From Escherichia coli (GTDB lineage Bacteria > Pseudomonadota > Gammaproteobacteria > Enterobacterales > Enterobacteriaceae), in NCBI RefSeq assembly GCF_044324785.1, contig NZ_CP172127.1: DNA of 64,000 nucleotides. The stretch is one strand, 5' to 3'. The notes under the pieces were generated by a model. The model was not told where the DNA came from. It ran no database searches and worked only from the letters and a program-made list of their open reading frames with translations. Shown piece after piece: positions 15,169-32,201 of this stretch; the first letter of the stretch is position 1, and each line of letters begins with the position of its first letter. The position numbers were made by a program, and so were the translations under genes.

Positions 15169-15768
15169 ATGGCTGACTATTTTGAAATACGTGCTGATTA
15201 CAATCAGCACACCATCACGGTTTATCAGGCTTACAATGATGCAATCGCTGACGTCGCCGTACGTGACGGGCGATTTGGCGCACCTTTTTCATTCAACCGC
15301 ATGACCTGGATTAAACCCTCTTTTATGTGGATGATGGAGCGTAGCAACTGGGGACTGAAAAAAGATCAACAACGCATTCTCGCAATCCGAATCAAACGCA
15401 CCTTCTTTGATACATTGCTGGAACAAGCGGTGCTAACCACGCCAGAAGCCCATGTCTATCCACATGCAGGAGTTTGGGAAACGTTATTTGCGCAAGCAAA
15501 TGTATATGTTCAGTGGGACCCAGAACGCAGCATAAATGGTAAAAAACTGGAGCACCGATCATTACAGCTTGGTATTTCTCGTAACTTGATCAGTCAATTT
15601 AACGAAGACGCCATTGTTGCCATTGATGATCTGACACCACTGGTGCGAAAGTGTCATAACCTTTTGATAAACGGTAAAACAACACAGGCGAAATCCTTCC
15701 TGCCGCCAGAAAAAATTTATCCTGTTAGTGCAGCTGCAAGAAAGGCTTTGGGAATGAAAAATTTCTGA
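15169..15768 (+). CDS. Hypothetical cytoplasmic protein (199 aa), accessory, inserted between apaH and folA; resembles a conserved domain of unknown function (possibly DUF4291-like, from memory only)
   Basis: Strong SD (agggagg) 7 nt upstream of the ATG; clean 199-codon ORF; by eye less GC-rich than neighbours; no signal peptide or TM segment; absent from the K-12 apaH-folA junction. Confidence 0.75.
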   Translation: MADYFEIRADYNQHTITVYQAYNDAIADVAVRDGRFGAPFSFNRMTWIKPSFMWMMERSNWGLKKDQQRILAIRIKRTFFDTLLEQAVLTTPEAHVYPHAGVWETLFAQANVYVQWDPERSINGKKLEHRSLQLGISRNLISQFNEDAIVAIDDLTPLVRKCHNLLINGKTTQAKSFLPPEKIYPVSAAARKALGMKNF

Positions 15769-15803
15769 GACAAATACGCGCCTATTAAGCGGAAAATATC
15801 TAA

Positions 15804-16253
15804 GTGCGACAAATCAACGCCGGGCTTAATACCAGAGAAATTATTCTGGAAATGATTGACGAAGCAGATGAACCCCCATTTGCTGAGCAGCGAACCTGGC
15901 ATCGCAGGCGAATCACTTTTCTTTGTGATTGCATCAGCGTTGCTGTCGACTACGGCTTCTTCTGTTCTGTCTCTCAGCAGTCAATAATGAACATAACCAG
16001 GATGGCTGAAGATGTATGGATAACAGAAAGTAAAACGACCCAACTCATTGATATCTGGCAGCAACTTAAGCAGCTTTATCCGCCAGAAATTATTCCCTAC
16101 ACCCAGCAGTTACCCGCTAAAGAATTGCTTGAACTGCTACTTTCCAGTCCTGACGATCTTCGAATAATTGAAATCCCTGACGTCATCGGTGATTTTTTTG
16201 ATGACCAAACCTGGATTCGATTATTCAAAAAACACTTTGCTGATGTTATCTAA
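15804..16253 (+). CDS. Hypothetical acidic protein (149 aa; start uncertain), second gene of the apaH-folA insertion
   Basis: ORF follows the 199-aa gene on the same strand after 35 nt; GTG start without a clear SD (an in-frame ATG lies 16 codons in); D/E-rich, predicted soluble. Confidence 0.5.
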   Translation: MRQINAGLNTREIILEMIDEADEPPFAEQRTWHRRRITFLCDCISVAVDYGFFCSVSQQSIMNITRMAEDVWITESKTTQLIDIWQQLKQLYPPEIIPYTQQLPAKELLELLLSSPDDLRIIEIPDVIGDFFDDQTWIRLFKKHFADVI

Positions 16254-16569
16254 CTATGATGTGATGTGTAACAATCTAAAATACATCGCCAGACGACAGA
16301 CCAAAAAGAAAGTATTTAGCAGATACTCAACATTCTGACTTATGTACAGAAATAGCAGAGTTTAAAAACTTAAAATTTCCGGTACTCATCAGAGAAACAT
16401 CCTGTTTCTTCTGCAAGTTCATTTAATGCCGAGATGGCATCCTCGTTTACTTCAGTCCACTGTAGAGTGGCTTGAGGGTTTAGACCTACGCAATGAGCGC
16501 GACTCACAAAATCGCGCTCACTGGTAAAATCAGACGTCTTATCGTTCAATTTGTAGTCATAGCAAAAAC

Positions 16570-19095
<2,526 letters not shown>

Positions 19096-19103
<8 letters not shown>

Positions 19104-19626
19104 GATGTGCCTCCTGCCATTCCAGCAGACGTTGCTTATAGTGACGCGCCTGCCCTTCGAGGGTTTCGTCGTCACAAATGAAGGTGCAGTGCATGGCAAA
19201 CGGTGGCAGCCAGTTCAGCCCGCAGTAGATTGCCGTCGCCTGTAGCGGCTGTGACAGCACATCAAAGCCCGGATGCGCACCAATCTCAAAATGGCTTTCC
19301 CCACCGCCGGTCGTCACCGCCCACAGTAAATGTTTGCCATGCAGCGCCGTGCCGCCGTGACCGTAAGCCCAGCCGTGCGAGAAGACTTTATCGATCCAAA
19401 GTTTGAGGAGCGGAGGAATGCTGTACCACTGCATCGGGTGCTGCCAGACGATCAGATCGGCGCGAGACAGCGCCTCCTGCTCGGCGGCAATATCGATATT
19501 GAAGTCAGGATAGAGTTGATAAAGAGAGCGAATTTCGACGCCTTCCAGCGTCCTTGCCTGTTCAAGCATCCGTTTATTCGCATGGGAATGATGCGGATAC
19601 GGATGCGCATAAATTATAAGAATCAT
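19096..19626 (-). CDS. kefF: KefC ancillary flavoprotein (quinone oxidoreductase) KefF
   Basis: 176-aa ORF; 8-nt overlap with the kefC start, as known for kefFC. Confidence 0.95.
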
Positions 19627-19733
19627 AGGTAGCCCGCGTGATTACGCCTTTGTTTTCCCACAAAGTGTAGTCATATATTCACGCGGCTTATAGTCAATAA
19701 TATTGATTCAGAAAAGAGAGAAATCTGAACAAA

Positions 19734-21065
19734 TTACCCCATTCTCTGCCCGCGGATCGTCATATTGCTGGTCTGCGCCAGTGACATCCCTCGAGTCTCC
19801 GGGGCAAACGCTACGGAAATCAACAAGCCAAACAGCGAGATACCCGCCCCCATTAGCATCGTGTTACTGATACCGTAATTATTGATAAAGATCGGCAGTG
19901 CCCAGGTCGAAACAATAGTGCCAATACGGCTTAAGGACATAATCACGCCCACGGCAGAGGCGCGGATATCCGTCGGGAAGAGCTCATTAGGATAGAGCCA
20001 CTGCAAATTACCCGGCCCGCCAGAGAAAAAGGCATATACCGCAAAGGCCATCACTACCAGCCAGATCCCCATATCCGGGATCAGCCCCAAAACCGCCAGC
20101 GCCAGCGTCATCATGGCAAAGCTGCCAATCAACAATGGACGCCGTCCGGCAGTGTTTAACCACAGCATCGGTGGAATACAGCCGAGCATAAAGAACAGGC
20201 TAATCACCACGTTCCCCAGTGCCGCGTTTTTGCCAACACCCAATCCCAACAAACCAACGATTTGCGGGCCAAAGGTGTAGATGGCGAACATCGGGATCAC
20301 CTGGCAGGTCCAGATGGCGGCAACAAACAGAACAAAAGGAAAATGGCGGCGATTAAACAGATCGCGAAAACGGGTTTGCTGCGGCTGCTCTTCCTCGAAA
20401 GCCACCGGTTCGCCAAACAGTTTGATCATCATCTCTTCGCACTCTTTCACTCGCCCTTTGCGTAACAACCAGCGGGGAGATTCAGGCAGTTCGAATCGAC
20501 CAATCAAAATCAACAAACAGGGGATTGCCGCGCTACCCAGCATCCAGCGCCAGCCGCCTTCCACATCATAAAGCCAGTAGCCGACCAGATCGGCGCAGGT
20601 CGCGCCGACATACCACATCGCGGCAATAAAGCTGATGGAAAACGCCCGCTGACGGGTACTGGAGAACTCAGTGATCATCGAAGTGGCGATGGGATAATCT
20701 GCACCGATGACAATGCCGATGAGTACCCGCATCACTAACAGTTCGACGGGGGATGAGACAAACATCGTCGCCACCGATATCACGCCGATGGCGATGATAT
20801 CGATGAGGAACATTTTGCGCCGTCCGACTTTATCGGAGATATAGCCAAACAGCGATGTGCCAACGAACAGCCCGGCGAGCGTTCCCGCGCCCAGCAAGCC
20901 AATCCAGTCAGCGTCCAGTTTCAGCGCCGGAGTCAGTTGCTCCAGCGCCACGCCAATCATTACCAGTACATAACCATCCAGAAACGGACCACCGCTTCCC
21001 CACAGCAAAATGCGGCGGTGAATAGAAGAGAATTTAAGATCGTCAAAATTTCTGGACGGTTGCAT
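19734..21065 (-). CDS. yaaU: MFS-family transporter YaaU
   Basis: 443-aa polytopic ORF with sugar-transporter-like motifs (GRRKMF); position between kefF and fixX. Confidence 0.92.
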   Translation of the reverse strand: MQPSRNFDDLKFSSIHRRILLWGSGGPFLDGYVLVMIGVALEQLTPALKLDADWIGLLGAGTLAGLFVGTSLFGYISDKVGRRKMFLIDIIAIGVISVATMFVSSPVELLVMRVLIGIVIGADYPIATSMITEFSSTRQRAFSISFIAAMWYVGATCADLVGYWLYDVEGGWRWMLGSAAIPCLLILIGRFELPESPRWLLRKGRVKECEEMMIKLFGEPVAFEEEQPQQTRFRDLFNRRHFPFVLFVAAIWTCQVIPMFAIYTFGPQIVGLLGLGVGKNAALGNVVISLFFMLGCIPPMLWLNTAGRRPLLIGSFAMMTLALAVLGLIPDMGIWLVVMAFAVYAFFSGGPGNLQWLYPNELFPTDIRASAVGVIMSLSRIGTIVSTWALPIFINNYGISNTMLMGAGISLFGLLISVAFAPETRGMSLAQTSNMTIRGQRMG

Positions 21066-21123
21066 GGGTTATTCCTGTTTTTTTGCAATGAGAGTCAGTA
21101 CGGCGTTACGTATCAAACCAACA

Positions 21124-21411
21124 TCAGCCGTAACGGAACTCCACACCAAAGGTGCCGCGCGGGTATTCCCACTGTTCCAGCGCCGACCCCAGCCCCAGAA
21201 TGCGACAGGTGCCGCACTCCAGGCATCCGGCGTAATCGAAACGCACGCTGCCGTCATCCTGCTTCTTGTACAGACCTGCGGGGCACGCTTTCACCAGCAG
21301 CTCCAGCGCCTGTTTATCGGCATCGGCCTTCACAACAATGTGCGGATGCTCTTCATCGACATTGAATTTATTGACGCCCAGTTTGACGTCCACATTGACG
21401 GGAGAAGTCAT
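21124..21411 (-). CDS. fixX: Ferredoxin-like protein FixX
   Basis: 95-aa ORF with Cys cluster (CLECGTC); overlaps the fixC stop by 4 nt. Confidence 0.95.
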   Translation of the reverse strand: MTSPVNVDVKLGVNKFNVDEEHPHIVVKADADKQALELLVKACPAGLYKKQDDGSVRFDYAGCLECGTCRILGLGSALEQWEYPRGTFGVEFRYG

Positions 21412-22694
21412 AAAACGGTCACTCCTTTCATGCCATCCTTGATTAGATTGATGAAGCCCACTTTCTTACCGTGGCGGAGGATTTTCTTGCGCATCAGTTC
21501 CGGCGCGCTGCCATCAATGGTGAACAGGTCACGCGCCACGCCCACCGCCAGTTCCGGGTAGCCGCTAAACATGCGTGGGTTATCAAGGAACGCCGGTAGT
21601 TTTTGGTACATACGCATATCGCGCAGCGGGCCACTCTCAAGATGCTGACGATATTCCGCCAGTTTTTGCTTACTGAAATCGTCGCTTTTCATCGCTGAAA
21701 GCACAGTTTTTGCTGCGGCTTCCCCGGCGGCAATCGCCAGATCCATACCGCGAATGGTAAAACCGAGGTTCATACACATTCCGGCGGCATCACCGGCAAT
21801 CAGTACGCCGTCACCGACCAGCTCCGGCAGCATGTTGATGCCTGCTTCCGGCACTACGTGAGCGGAATATTCCACCAGCTTGCCGCCTGCGATCAGAGGT
21901 GCAACGGCCGGATGTTGTTTGAAATCTTCCAGCATTTGCGGCACCGATTTTTTCGCATCATGCAGATGATGGAGACCACAAACCAACCCCAGCGATAGAG
22001 TGTTTTCATTGGTATAAAGAAAGCCGCCGCCCATCAGGCCATCGGTGGGTGATCCCGCAAACAGGCAAGCCGCGCCCTGATTACCCTGCAACTGAAAACG
22101 GTCTTCGATTACCGACTTCGGTAACTCGATCAGTTCCTTCACGCCAACCGCCACATCCGTCGGTTTAACACGTTTAGCCATCCCCAGCTTTTCGGCAAGG
22201 ATGGAATTCACCCCATCAGCAAGGATCACCGTTTTCGCTTCAATCACATCGCCATCGGCTTCTACGCCAACAACTTTGCCATCGCGCTGTACGAGGTTAT
22301 CGACACGAATCCCAGTAATTAACTGCGCGCCAGCTTCTTCGGCCTGCTCCATCAACCAGGCATCAAATTTACTGCGCAAAACGGAGTAAGAACGCTGGGA
22401 TGGCGAGGTTTCGTCGCCATTGCAGTAGTCCATGGTCATCGCTGACTTTTCCGTCATAAACGCGAGTTTTTCATGGGTGATCAGGCGTTCTACGGGGGCG
22501 GATTCGGCGAAACCAGGAATAATGTGTTCCAGGCTGTGGGCATAGAGACGCCCGCCGGTGACGTTCTTGGCACCTGCGGAATTGCCACGCTCGATAACTA
22601 ACACTTGCGCCCCTTCGCGGGCGAGCACCAGTGCGGCAACCGAACCGGCAAGCCCTGCACCGACGATGATGGCGTCAAAGATATCTTCGGACAT
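21408..22694 (-). CDS. fixC: FAD-dependent oxidoreductase FixC (ETF-quinone oxidoreductase-like)
   Basis: 428-aa ORF with N-terminal FAD-binding motif (IIVGAGLAGSVAA). Confidence 0.96.
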   Translation of the reverse strand: MSEDIFDAIIVGAGLAGSVAALVLAREGAQVLVIERGNSAGAKNVTGGRLYAHSLEHIIPGFAESAPVERLITHEKLAFMTEKSAMTMDYCNGDETSPSQRSYSVLRSKFDAWLMEQAEEAGAQLITGIRVDNLVQRDGKVVGVEADGDVIEAKTVILADGVNSILAEKLGMAKRVKPTDVAVGVKELIELPKSVIEDRFQLQGNQGAACLFAGSPTDGLMGGGFLYTNENTLSLGLVCGLHHLHDAKKSVPQMLEDFKQHPAVAPLIAGGKLVEYSAHVVPEAGINMLPELVGDGVLIAGDAAGMCMNLGFTIRGMDLAIAAGEAAAKTVLSAMKSDDFSKQKLAEYRQHLESGPLRDMRMYQKLPAFLDNPRMFSGYPELAVGVARDLFTIDGSAPELMRKKILRHGKKVGFINLIKDGMKGVTVL

Positions 22695-22744
22695 AAGAGC
22701 TCCCTGTCAGCGGCAGGGCCAAAATGCAGCCCTGCCAGAGTGGA

Positions 22745-23686
22745 TCAACGCGCTAAAGCTGCGGTCAGTGCCGGAAGGATCTTCACGGCGTCGCCAACAA
22801 TGCCGTAATCCGCGAACTGGAAGATCGGCGCATTTTTATCTTTGTTGATGGCGAAAATGGTTTGCGACGCATTAGCGCCAACCATGTGCTGGATCTGCCC
22901 GGAGATCCCCACCGCCAGGTACAGTTCAGGTTTCAGCATCAGGTTGGAGATACCGACATAGCGTTCGTGCTCCATCCATTTTTCGTTTTCCGCCACCGGA
23001 CGAGAACAGGCCAGCTCCGCACCTATCGCCTTGCAAAGCTGTTCTGCCAGCGCAATGTTCTCTTTGCTGCCAATACCGTGACCGACGCTGACCACCAGAC
23101 GGGCTTTGTCGAGATCGACGCTGTTGCTCTGGCGCACCTGGGTTGCCGTGCGAGTAATCGCCACCGCCGGAGCCTGCCACTCCACGGTGTGCGTTTCGCC
23201 AGTGCGTGACGCGTCTGGCTGAGCCGCATCGAACGTGCCGCTGCTGATGGTCAGTACCGCATACGGCGTGGCAATGCGTTCTTCGCCAATCGCCAGACCG
23301 CCGTAAACCATGTGTTTCACTGTCGCTTTACCGTCCTGTACGCTGACGGTGCTGGCATCGTTAGACACCGCCGCTTTAAGGCGATAACCCAGTTTTGCCG
23401 CCAGTAATTTGCCGCGACGGGTGTTTGGCAGCAGCACCAGACCGTCTGCGCCGTGCTGGCGAATAGTGTCAGCCATGACACCGGCGTAATCTTCGATCAT
23501 CCGATCGTCCGGTTTGCCGTTTAATTTCCAGACATGATTAGCGCCGAGCTGGATTGCCTGTGCGCCGTCGGCATCATTGAGGACAAAGGCATTGATTTGA
23601 TTAGCTAAAGCCTGCGCACCGTTCATCAGTTCCGGCAGACGAGAAGGGGTATCGCTGAATACCCAGACTTGAGAAAACGTGTTCAT
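22745..23686 (-). CDS. fixB: Electron-transfer flavoprotein alpha-subunit homologue FixB
   Basis: 313-aa ORF; fixABCX context. Confidence 0.96.
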   Translation of the reverse strand: MNTFSQVWVFSDTPSRLPELMNGAQALANQINAFVLNDADGAQAIQLGANHVWKLNGKPDDRMIEDYAGVMADTIRQHGADGLVLLPNTRRGKLLAAKLGYRLKAAVSNDASTVSVQDGKATVKHMVYGGLAIGEERIATPYAVLTISSGTFDAAQPDASRTGETHTVEWQAPAVAITRTATQVRQSNSVDLDKARLVVSVGHGIGSKENIALAEQLCKAIGAELACSRPVAENEKWMEHERYVGISNLMLKPELYLAVGISGQIQHMVGANASQTIFAINKDKNAPIFQFADYGIVGDAVKILPALTAALAR

Positions 23687-23700
23687 AGCATCCCCTGTAA

Positions 23701-24471
23701 TTAAATGACTTTGCGAAGATTTTCAGCAAATGCGGCGATCTGTTCTTCGCCGTCGCCTTCAATCACGATGCGCTGACGCTCGCGCTGTTTCGGCGCGGCA
23801 ACCTGTTGTTCTGACCAGGCTGCCTCTGCGTTAAAACCGATATCCACCGCCGACCATACCTGGACGGGCTTTTTCGCCGCGCCGAGAATGGCTTTCATCG
23901 AAGGAATTTGTGGGGAGTTGATATCAGTGGAAACAGCAACAACCGCAGGCAGCGGAATGCTTAAGGTTTCGGTTTCATCTTCCAGTTCGCGCTCAACGGT
24001 GAGGGTATCTGCCGTCAGGGAGATAATTTTGCTGACGCCGTTAACTGCCGGAATATTGAGGATTTCGCCTACCAGCAAACCAACCTGCTGGGCATAAAGG
24101 TCGGAAGAACCATCGCCACAGAGGATCAAATCAAAGCCTGCTTTCTGGGCGGCTGCAGCCAGTGCGCTCGCCGTTTGTTGCGGCAGTGCCTGCTCGAACT
24201 GGTCATCAATCACCACAATCAGTTCATCCGGACCGCGCGATAGCACATCTTTACGCCCTTTGGCGTTGGTCAGGGCTTTACCGCCCACACTTAGGGCCGT
24301 CACCTGCGCCTCTGCTGCCTGTTGCTTTAGCTGGCAAGCCGCTTCAATAGCGTTCAGATCGTATTGGCTTATTTTGGCATCGGCTTTACTGAAGTCTAAC
24401 GAACCATCAGCATTATTGACCGCAATATCCTGTTCATCAGGCACGCACTTATAGCAAGTAATAATCTTCAT
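23701..24471 (-). CDS. fixA: Electron-transfer flavoprotein beta-subunit homologue FixA
   Basis: 256-aa product starting [15 protein letters not shown]; the ORF-track start at 24534 is an extension. Confidence 0.95.
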   Translation of the reverse strand: MKIITCYKCVPDEQDIAVNNADGSLDFSKADAKISQYDLNAIEAACQLKQQAAEAQVTALSVGGKALTNAKGRKDVLSRGPDELIVVIDDQFEQALPQQTASALAAAAQKAGFDLILCGDGSSDLYAQQVGLLVGEILNIPAVNGVSKIISLTADTLTVERELEDETETLSIPLPAVVAVSTDINSPQIPSMKAILGAAKKPVQVWSAVDIGFNAEAAWSEQQVAAPKQRERQRIVIEGDGEEQIAAFAENLRKVI

Positions 24472-26458
<1,987 letters not shown>

Positions 26459-26488
26459 TTAACCCCCAAAATATCAAGAGGTTGAAAG

Positions 26489-27631
26489 ATGGATTTTAAT
26501 TTAAATGATGAGCAGGAACTGTTTGTCGCCGGTATCCGCGAACTGATGGCCAGCGAAAACTGGGAGGCCTATTTTGCCGAGTGCGACCGTGACAGCGTCT
26601 ACCCGGAACGTTTTGTCAAAGCACTGGCGGATATGGGTATCGACAGTCTGCTGATCCCAGAAGAGCACGGTGGTCTGGACGCGGGGTTTGTTACTCTCGC
26701 CGCCGTGTGGATGGAGCTGGGACGTCTGGGGGCACCAACCTATGTGCTGTACCAGTTGCCGGGCGGGTTCAATACCTTCCTGCGCGAAGGCACACAAGAG
26801 CAGATCGACAAGATTATGGCTTTCCGCGGCACCGGTAAGCAGATGTGGAACTCAGCGATTACCGAGCCGGGCGCGGGCTCCGACGTGGGTAGCCTGAAAA
26901 CGACTTATACCCGTAGAAATGGTAAGATTTATCTTAATGGTAGTAAGTGTTTTATTACCAGCAGCGCCTACACCCCGTACATCGTAGTGATGGCGCGCGA
27001 CGGGGCTTCTCCGGACAAACCTGTCTACACCGAATGGTTTGTTGATATGAGCAAACCGGGCATCAAAGTGACCAAACTTGAAAAGCTCGGTCTGCGTATG
27101 GATAGCTGCTGTGAAATCACCTTTGACGACGTGGAACTGGACGAGAAAGACATGTTCGGTCGGGAAGGTAACGGCTTTAACCGCGTCAAAGAAGAGTTCG
27201 ATCATGAACGTTTCCTGGTAGCCCTGACCAACTACGGTACGGCGATGTGCGCCTTTGAAGATGCGGCGCGCTACGCTAACCAGCGCGTGCAGTTTGGCGA
27301 GGCTATTGGTCGTTTCCAGTTGATTCAGGAAAAATTCGCCCACATGGCGATCAAATTAAACTCCATGAAAAACATGCTGTATGAAGCAGCGTGGAAAGCA
27401 GACAACGGCACCATCACCTCTGGCGATGCAGCGATGTGCAAATACTTCTGCGCCAATGCGGCATTTGAAGTGGTGGATAGCGCAATGCAGGTGCTGGGCG
27501 GTGTCGGGATTGCGGGCAACCACCGCATCAGCCGCTTCTGGCGTGATCTGCGTGTAGACCGCGTCTCCGGGGGATCTGACGAAATGCAGATCCTGACGCT
27601 GGGTCGCGCGGTGCTGAAGCAATACCGCTAA
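26489..27631 (+). CDS. caiA: Crotonobetainyl-CoA reductase (acyl-CoA dehydrogenase family)
   Basis: 380-aa ORF; operon position. Confidence 0.97.
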
Positions 27632-27642
27632 GTCCGTGCGCT

Positions 27643-27714
27643 GCCTGATGCGACGCTGACGCGTCTTATCAGGCCTACGGTCGGCCGGATAAGGCGTTTA
27701 CGCCACATCCGGCA
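27643..27714. repeat. REP/BIME element (two REP palindromes) between caiA and caiB
   Basis: gcctgatgcgacgctgacgcgtcttatcaggcctac and gccggataaggcgtttacgccacatccggca, both classic REP sequences. Confidence 0.8.
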
Positions 27715-27730
27715 GTCATGCGCTACATAA

Positions 27731-28966
<1,236 letters not shown>

Positions 28967-29039
28967 ACGCGTGGCGTCAGTCGGCTTGCCTGACTAGCGC
29001 CCGCCCAATAACAAACGAACAAAAATGGATAGAGGTGCA

Positions 29040-30593
29040 ATGGATATCATTGGCGGACAACATCTACGTCAAATGTGGGACGATCTGGCGGACGTTTACG
29101 GTCATAAAACGGCGCTGATTTGTGAATCCAGCGGCGGAGTCGTTAACCGGTATAGTTATCTTGAGTTAAATCAGGAGATTAACCGCACGGCAAACCTGTT
29201 TTATACGCTGGGGATTCGCAAAGGCGACAAGGTTGCACTACATCTCGACAACTGCCCGGAATTTATCTTTTGCTGGTTCGGGCTGGCAAAAATTGGCGCG
29301 ATTATGGTGCCGATTAACGCCCGCCTGTTACGCGAGGAAAGCGCGTGGATCCTGCAAAATAGCCAGGCGTGCCTGCTGGTGACCAGTGCGCAATTCTATC
29401 CTATGTATCAACAGATTCAGCAGGAAGATGCCACTCAATTGCGGCACATTTGCCTGACAGATGTGGCACTTCCCGCTGATGATGGCGTGAGTTCGTTTAC
29501 TCAACTGAAAAATCAACAACCTGCCACCTTGTGCTATGCACCGCCGCTATCGACTGACGATACGGCGGAAATTCTCTTCACCTCCGGCACCACCTCCCGA
29601 CCGAAAGGTGTGGTGATTACCCATTACAACCTGCGCTTCGCTGGATATTACTCCGCCTGGCAGTGTGCACTGCGTGACGATGACGTCTACCTGACGGTAA
29701 TGCCTGCGTTTCATATCGATTGCCAGTGTACTGCGGCGATGGCGGCGTTTTCTGCCGGGGCCACCTTTGTGCTGGTCGAGAAATACAGCGCCCGCGCCTT
29801 CTGGGGACAGGTGCAGAAGTACCGCGCCACCATTGCCGAATGTATTCCGATGATGATCCGTACGTTGATGGTACAGCCGCCTTCAGCGAACGATCGGCAA
29901 CACCGCCTGCGGGAAGTGATGTTTTATCTCAACTTGTCGGAGCAGGAAAAAGATGCATTTTGTGAACGCTTCGGCGTTCGCTTGCTGACGTCTTATGGGA
30001 TGACGGAAACCATTGTGGGCATTATCGGCGATCGCCCTGGCGATAAACGACGCTGGCCGTCGATTGGTCGGGCGGGGTTTTGCTACGAAGCGGAGATCCG
30101 CGACGATCACAATCACCCGCTCCCGGCAGGTGAGATCGGTGAAATCTGTATTAAAGGCGTACCAGGGAAAACCATCTTCAAAGAGTATTTTCTCAACCCG
30201 AAAGCCACTGCAAAAGTGCTGGAAGCTGATGGCTGGCTGCATACCGGCGATACCGGATACCGCGACGAAGAAGGCTTTTTTTATTTCGTCGATCGCCGCT
30301 GCAATATGATCAAACGCGGTGGCGAGAATGTCTCCTGCGTGGAGCTGGAAAATATCATCGCCACCCATCCGAAAATTCAGGACATCGTGGTTGTGGGTAT
30401 TAAAGATTCGATTCGCGATGAAGCCATCAAAGCATTTGTGGTGCTAAATGAAGGTGAAACATTGAGCGAAGAGGAATTTTTCCGCTTCTGCGAACAAAAT
30501 ATGGCGAAATTTAAAGTGCCCTCTTATCTGGAGATCAGAAAAGATCTGCCACGTAATTGCTCGGGGAAAATAATTAGAAAGAACCTGAAATAA
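29040..30593 (+). CDS. caiC: Crotonobetaine/carnitine-CoA ligase
   Basis: AMP-binding signature ([10 protein letters not shown]). Start set at [11 protein letters not shown] (517 aa); an in-frame ATG 5 codons upstream (29025) is also possible. Confidence 0.95.
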   Translation: MDIIGGQHLRQMWDDLADVYGHKTALICESSGGVVNRYSYLELNQEINRTANLFYTLGIRKGDKVALHLDNCPEFIFCWFGLAKIGAIMVPINARLLREESAWILQNSQACLLVTSAQFYPMYQQIQQEDATQLRHICLTDVALPADDGVSSFTQLKNQQPATLCYAPPLSTDDTAEILFTSGTTSRPKGVVITHYNLRFAGYYSAWQCALRDDDVYLTVMPAFHIDCQCTAAMAAFSAGATFVLVEKYSARAFWGQVQKYRATIAECIPMMIRTLMVQPPSANDRQHRLREVMFYLNLSEQEKDAFCERFGVRLLTSYGMTETIVGIIGDRPGDKRRWPSIGRAGFCYEAEIRDDHNHPLPAGEIGEICIKGVPGKTIFKEYFLNPKATAKVLEADGWLHTGDTGYRDEEGFFYFVDRRCNMIKRGGENVSCVELENIIATHPKIQDIVVVGIKDSIRDEAIKAFVVLNEGETLSEEEFFRFCEQNMAKFKVPSYLEIRKDLPRNCSGKIIRKNLK

Positions 30594-30701
30594 ATGAAAC
30601 AGCAGGGAACTACCCTGCCAGCTAATAATCACGCTATAAAACAATATGCATTTTTTGCAGGGATGTTGTCGTCCCTGAAAAAGCAAAAATGGAGAAAAGG
30701 A

Positions 30702-31487
30702 ATGAGTGAATCATTACATCTGACCCGCAATGGATCAATTCTGGAAATTACCCTTGATCGTCCAAAAGCGAATGCTATTGATGCAAAAACCAGCTTTGAA
30801 ATGGGCGAAGTATTTCTAAATTTCCGTGACGATCCGCAATTACGTGTCGCCATTATTACCGGTGCCGGAGAGAAGTTCTTTTCCGCGGGCTGGGATTTAA
30901 AAGCGGCAGCAGAAGGCGAAGCACCGGATGCTGACTTTGGCCCGGGTGGATTTGCGGGATTAACCGAAATTTTCAATCTCGACAAACCGGTTATCGCAGC
31001 TGTGAACGGCTATGCCTTTGGCGGCGGCTTTGAACTGGCGCTGGCGGCAGATTTTATTGTTTGTGCCGATAATGCCAGCTTCGCCCTGCCGGAAGCCAAA
31101 CTGGGCATCGTTCCTGACAGCGGCGGCGTGCTGCGTCTGCCGAAGATCCTGCCGCCTGCCATCGTCAATGAAATGGTGATGACCGGCAGACGAATGGGCG
31201 CAGAAGAGGCGCTGCGTTGGGGGGTAGTCAACCGCGTAGTTAGCCAGGCGGAACTGATGGATAACGCCCGCGAACTGGCGCAACAACTGGTTGACAGCGC
31301 CCCGCTGGCGATTGCGGCGCTGAAAGAGATCTACCGCACCACCAGCGAAATGCCGGTAGAAGAAGCGTATCGCTATATTCGCAGCGGCGTGTTGAAACAC
31401 TATCCATCGGTTCTGCATTCGGAAGATGCCATTGAAGGGCCGCTGGCGTTTGCCGAGAAGCGCGATCCGGTGTGGAAAGGACGTTAA
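30702..31487 (+). CDS. caiD: Carnitinyl-CoA dehydratase (crotonase family)
   Basis: 261-aa product starting [12 protein letters not shown]; the ORF track's 297-aa form from 30594 is the older, longer annotation. Confidence 0.93.
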   Translation: MSESLHLTRNGSILEITLDRPKANAIDAKTSFEMGEVFLNFRDDPQLRVAIITGAGEKFFSAGWDLKAAAEGEAPDADFGPGGFAGLTEIFNLDKPVIAAVNGYAFGGGFELALAADFIVCADNASFALPEAKLGIVPDSGGVLRLPKILPPAIVNEMVMTGRRMGAEEALRWGVVNRVVSQAELMDNARELAQQLVDSAPLAIAALKEIYRTTSEMPVEEAYRYIRSGVLKHYPSVLHSEDAIEGPLAFAEKRDPVWKGR

Positions 31488-31492
31488 CAACC

Positions 31493-32083
31493 GTGAGCTA
31501 TTACGCCTTTGAGGGGTTAATTCCGGTGGTTCACCCGACGGCGTTTGTCCATCCCAGTGCAGTATTGATTGGCGATGTGATTGTGGGAGCCGGTGTCTAC
31601 ATCGGCCCACTCGCCTCACTGCGTGGTGACTACGGGCGGTTGATCGTGCAAGCGGGAGCCAATATTCAGGATGGCTGCATTATGCATGGCTACTGCGACA
31701 CTGACACCATCGTTGGGGAAAACGGCCATATCGGGCACGGAGCGATCCTGCATGGTTGTGTGATTGGTCGCGATGCATTAGTCGGGATGAACAGCGTGAT
31801 TATGGATGGCGCGGTTATTGGCGAAGAGAGCATTGTTGCCGCCATGAGCTTTGTCAAAGCGGGCTTTCGCGGCGAGAAACGCCAGTTGTTGATGGGTACG
31901 CCAGCCCGCGCTGTACGCAGCGTGAGTGACGACGAGTTACACTGGAAACGGTTGAATACCAAAGAGTATCAGGATCTTGTCGGGCGCTGTCATGCATCAT
32001 TACATGAAACGCAGCCACTGAGGCAAATGGAGGAAAATCGCCCCCGTTTGCAGGGGACGACGGATGTGACGCCGAAACGGTGA
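31493..32083 (+). CDS. caiE: Carnitine operon protein CaiE (hexapeptide-repeat transferase family)
   Basis: 196-aa product starting (GTG)[10 protein letters not shown]; left-handed beta-helix hexapeptide repeats. Confidence 0.93.
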   Translation: MSYYAFEGLIPVVHPTAFVHPSAVLIGDVIVGAGVYIGPLASLRGDYGRLIVQAGANIQDGCIMHGYCDTDTIVGENGHIGHGAILHGCVIGRDALVGMNSVIMDGAVIGEESIVAAMSFVKAGFRGEKRQLLMGTPARAVRSVSDDELHWKRLNTKEYQDLVGRCHASLHETQPLRQMEENRPRLQGTTDVTPKR

Positions 32084-32088
32084 TCTTT

Positions 32089-32180
32089 CCGGATGCGGCG
32101 TAAACGCCTTATCCAACTCGGCTGGAGAGCAATCGTAGGCCGGATAAGATGCGCCAGCATCGCATCCGGCGATCAGGTCG
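32089..32180. repeat. REP/BIME element between convergent caiE and caiF
   Basis: ccggatgcggcgtaaacgccttatcc and gtaggccggataagatgcgccagcatcgcatccggcg REP-type palindromes. Confidence 0.75.
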
Positions 32181-32201
32181 CACGGTATCAACGAGATAAA
32201 A

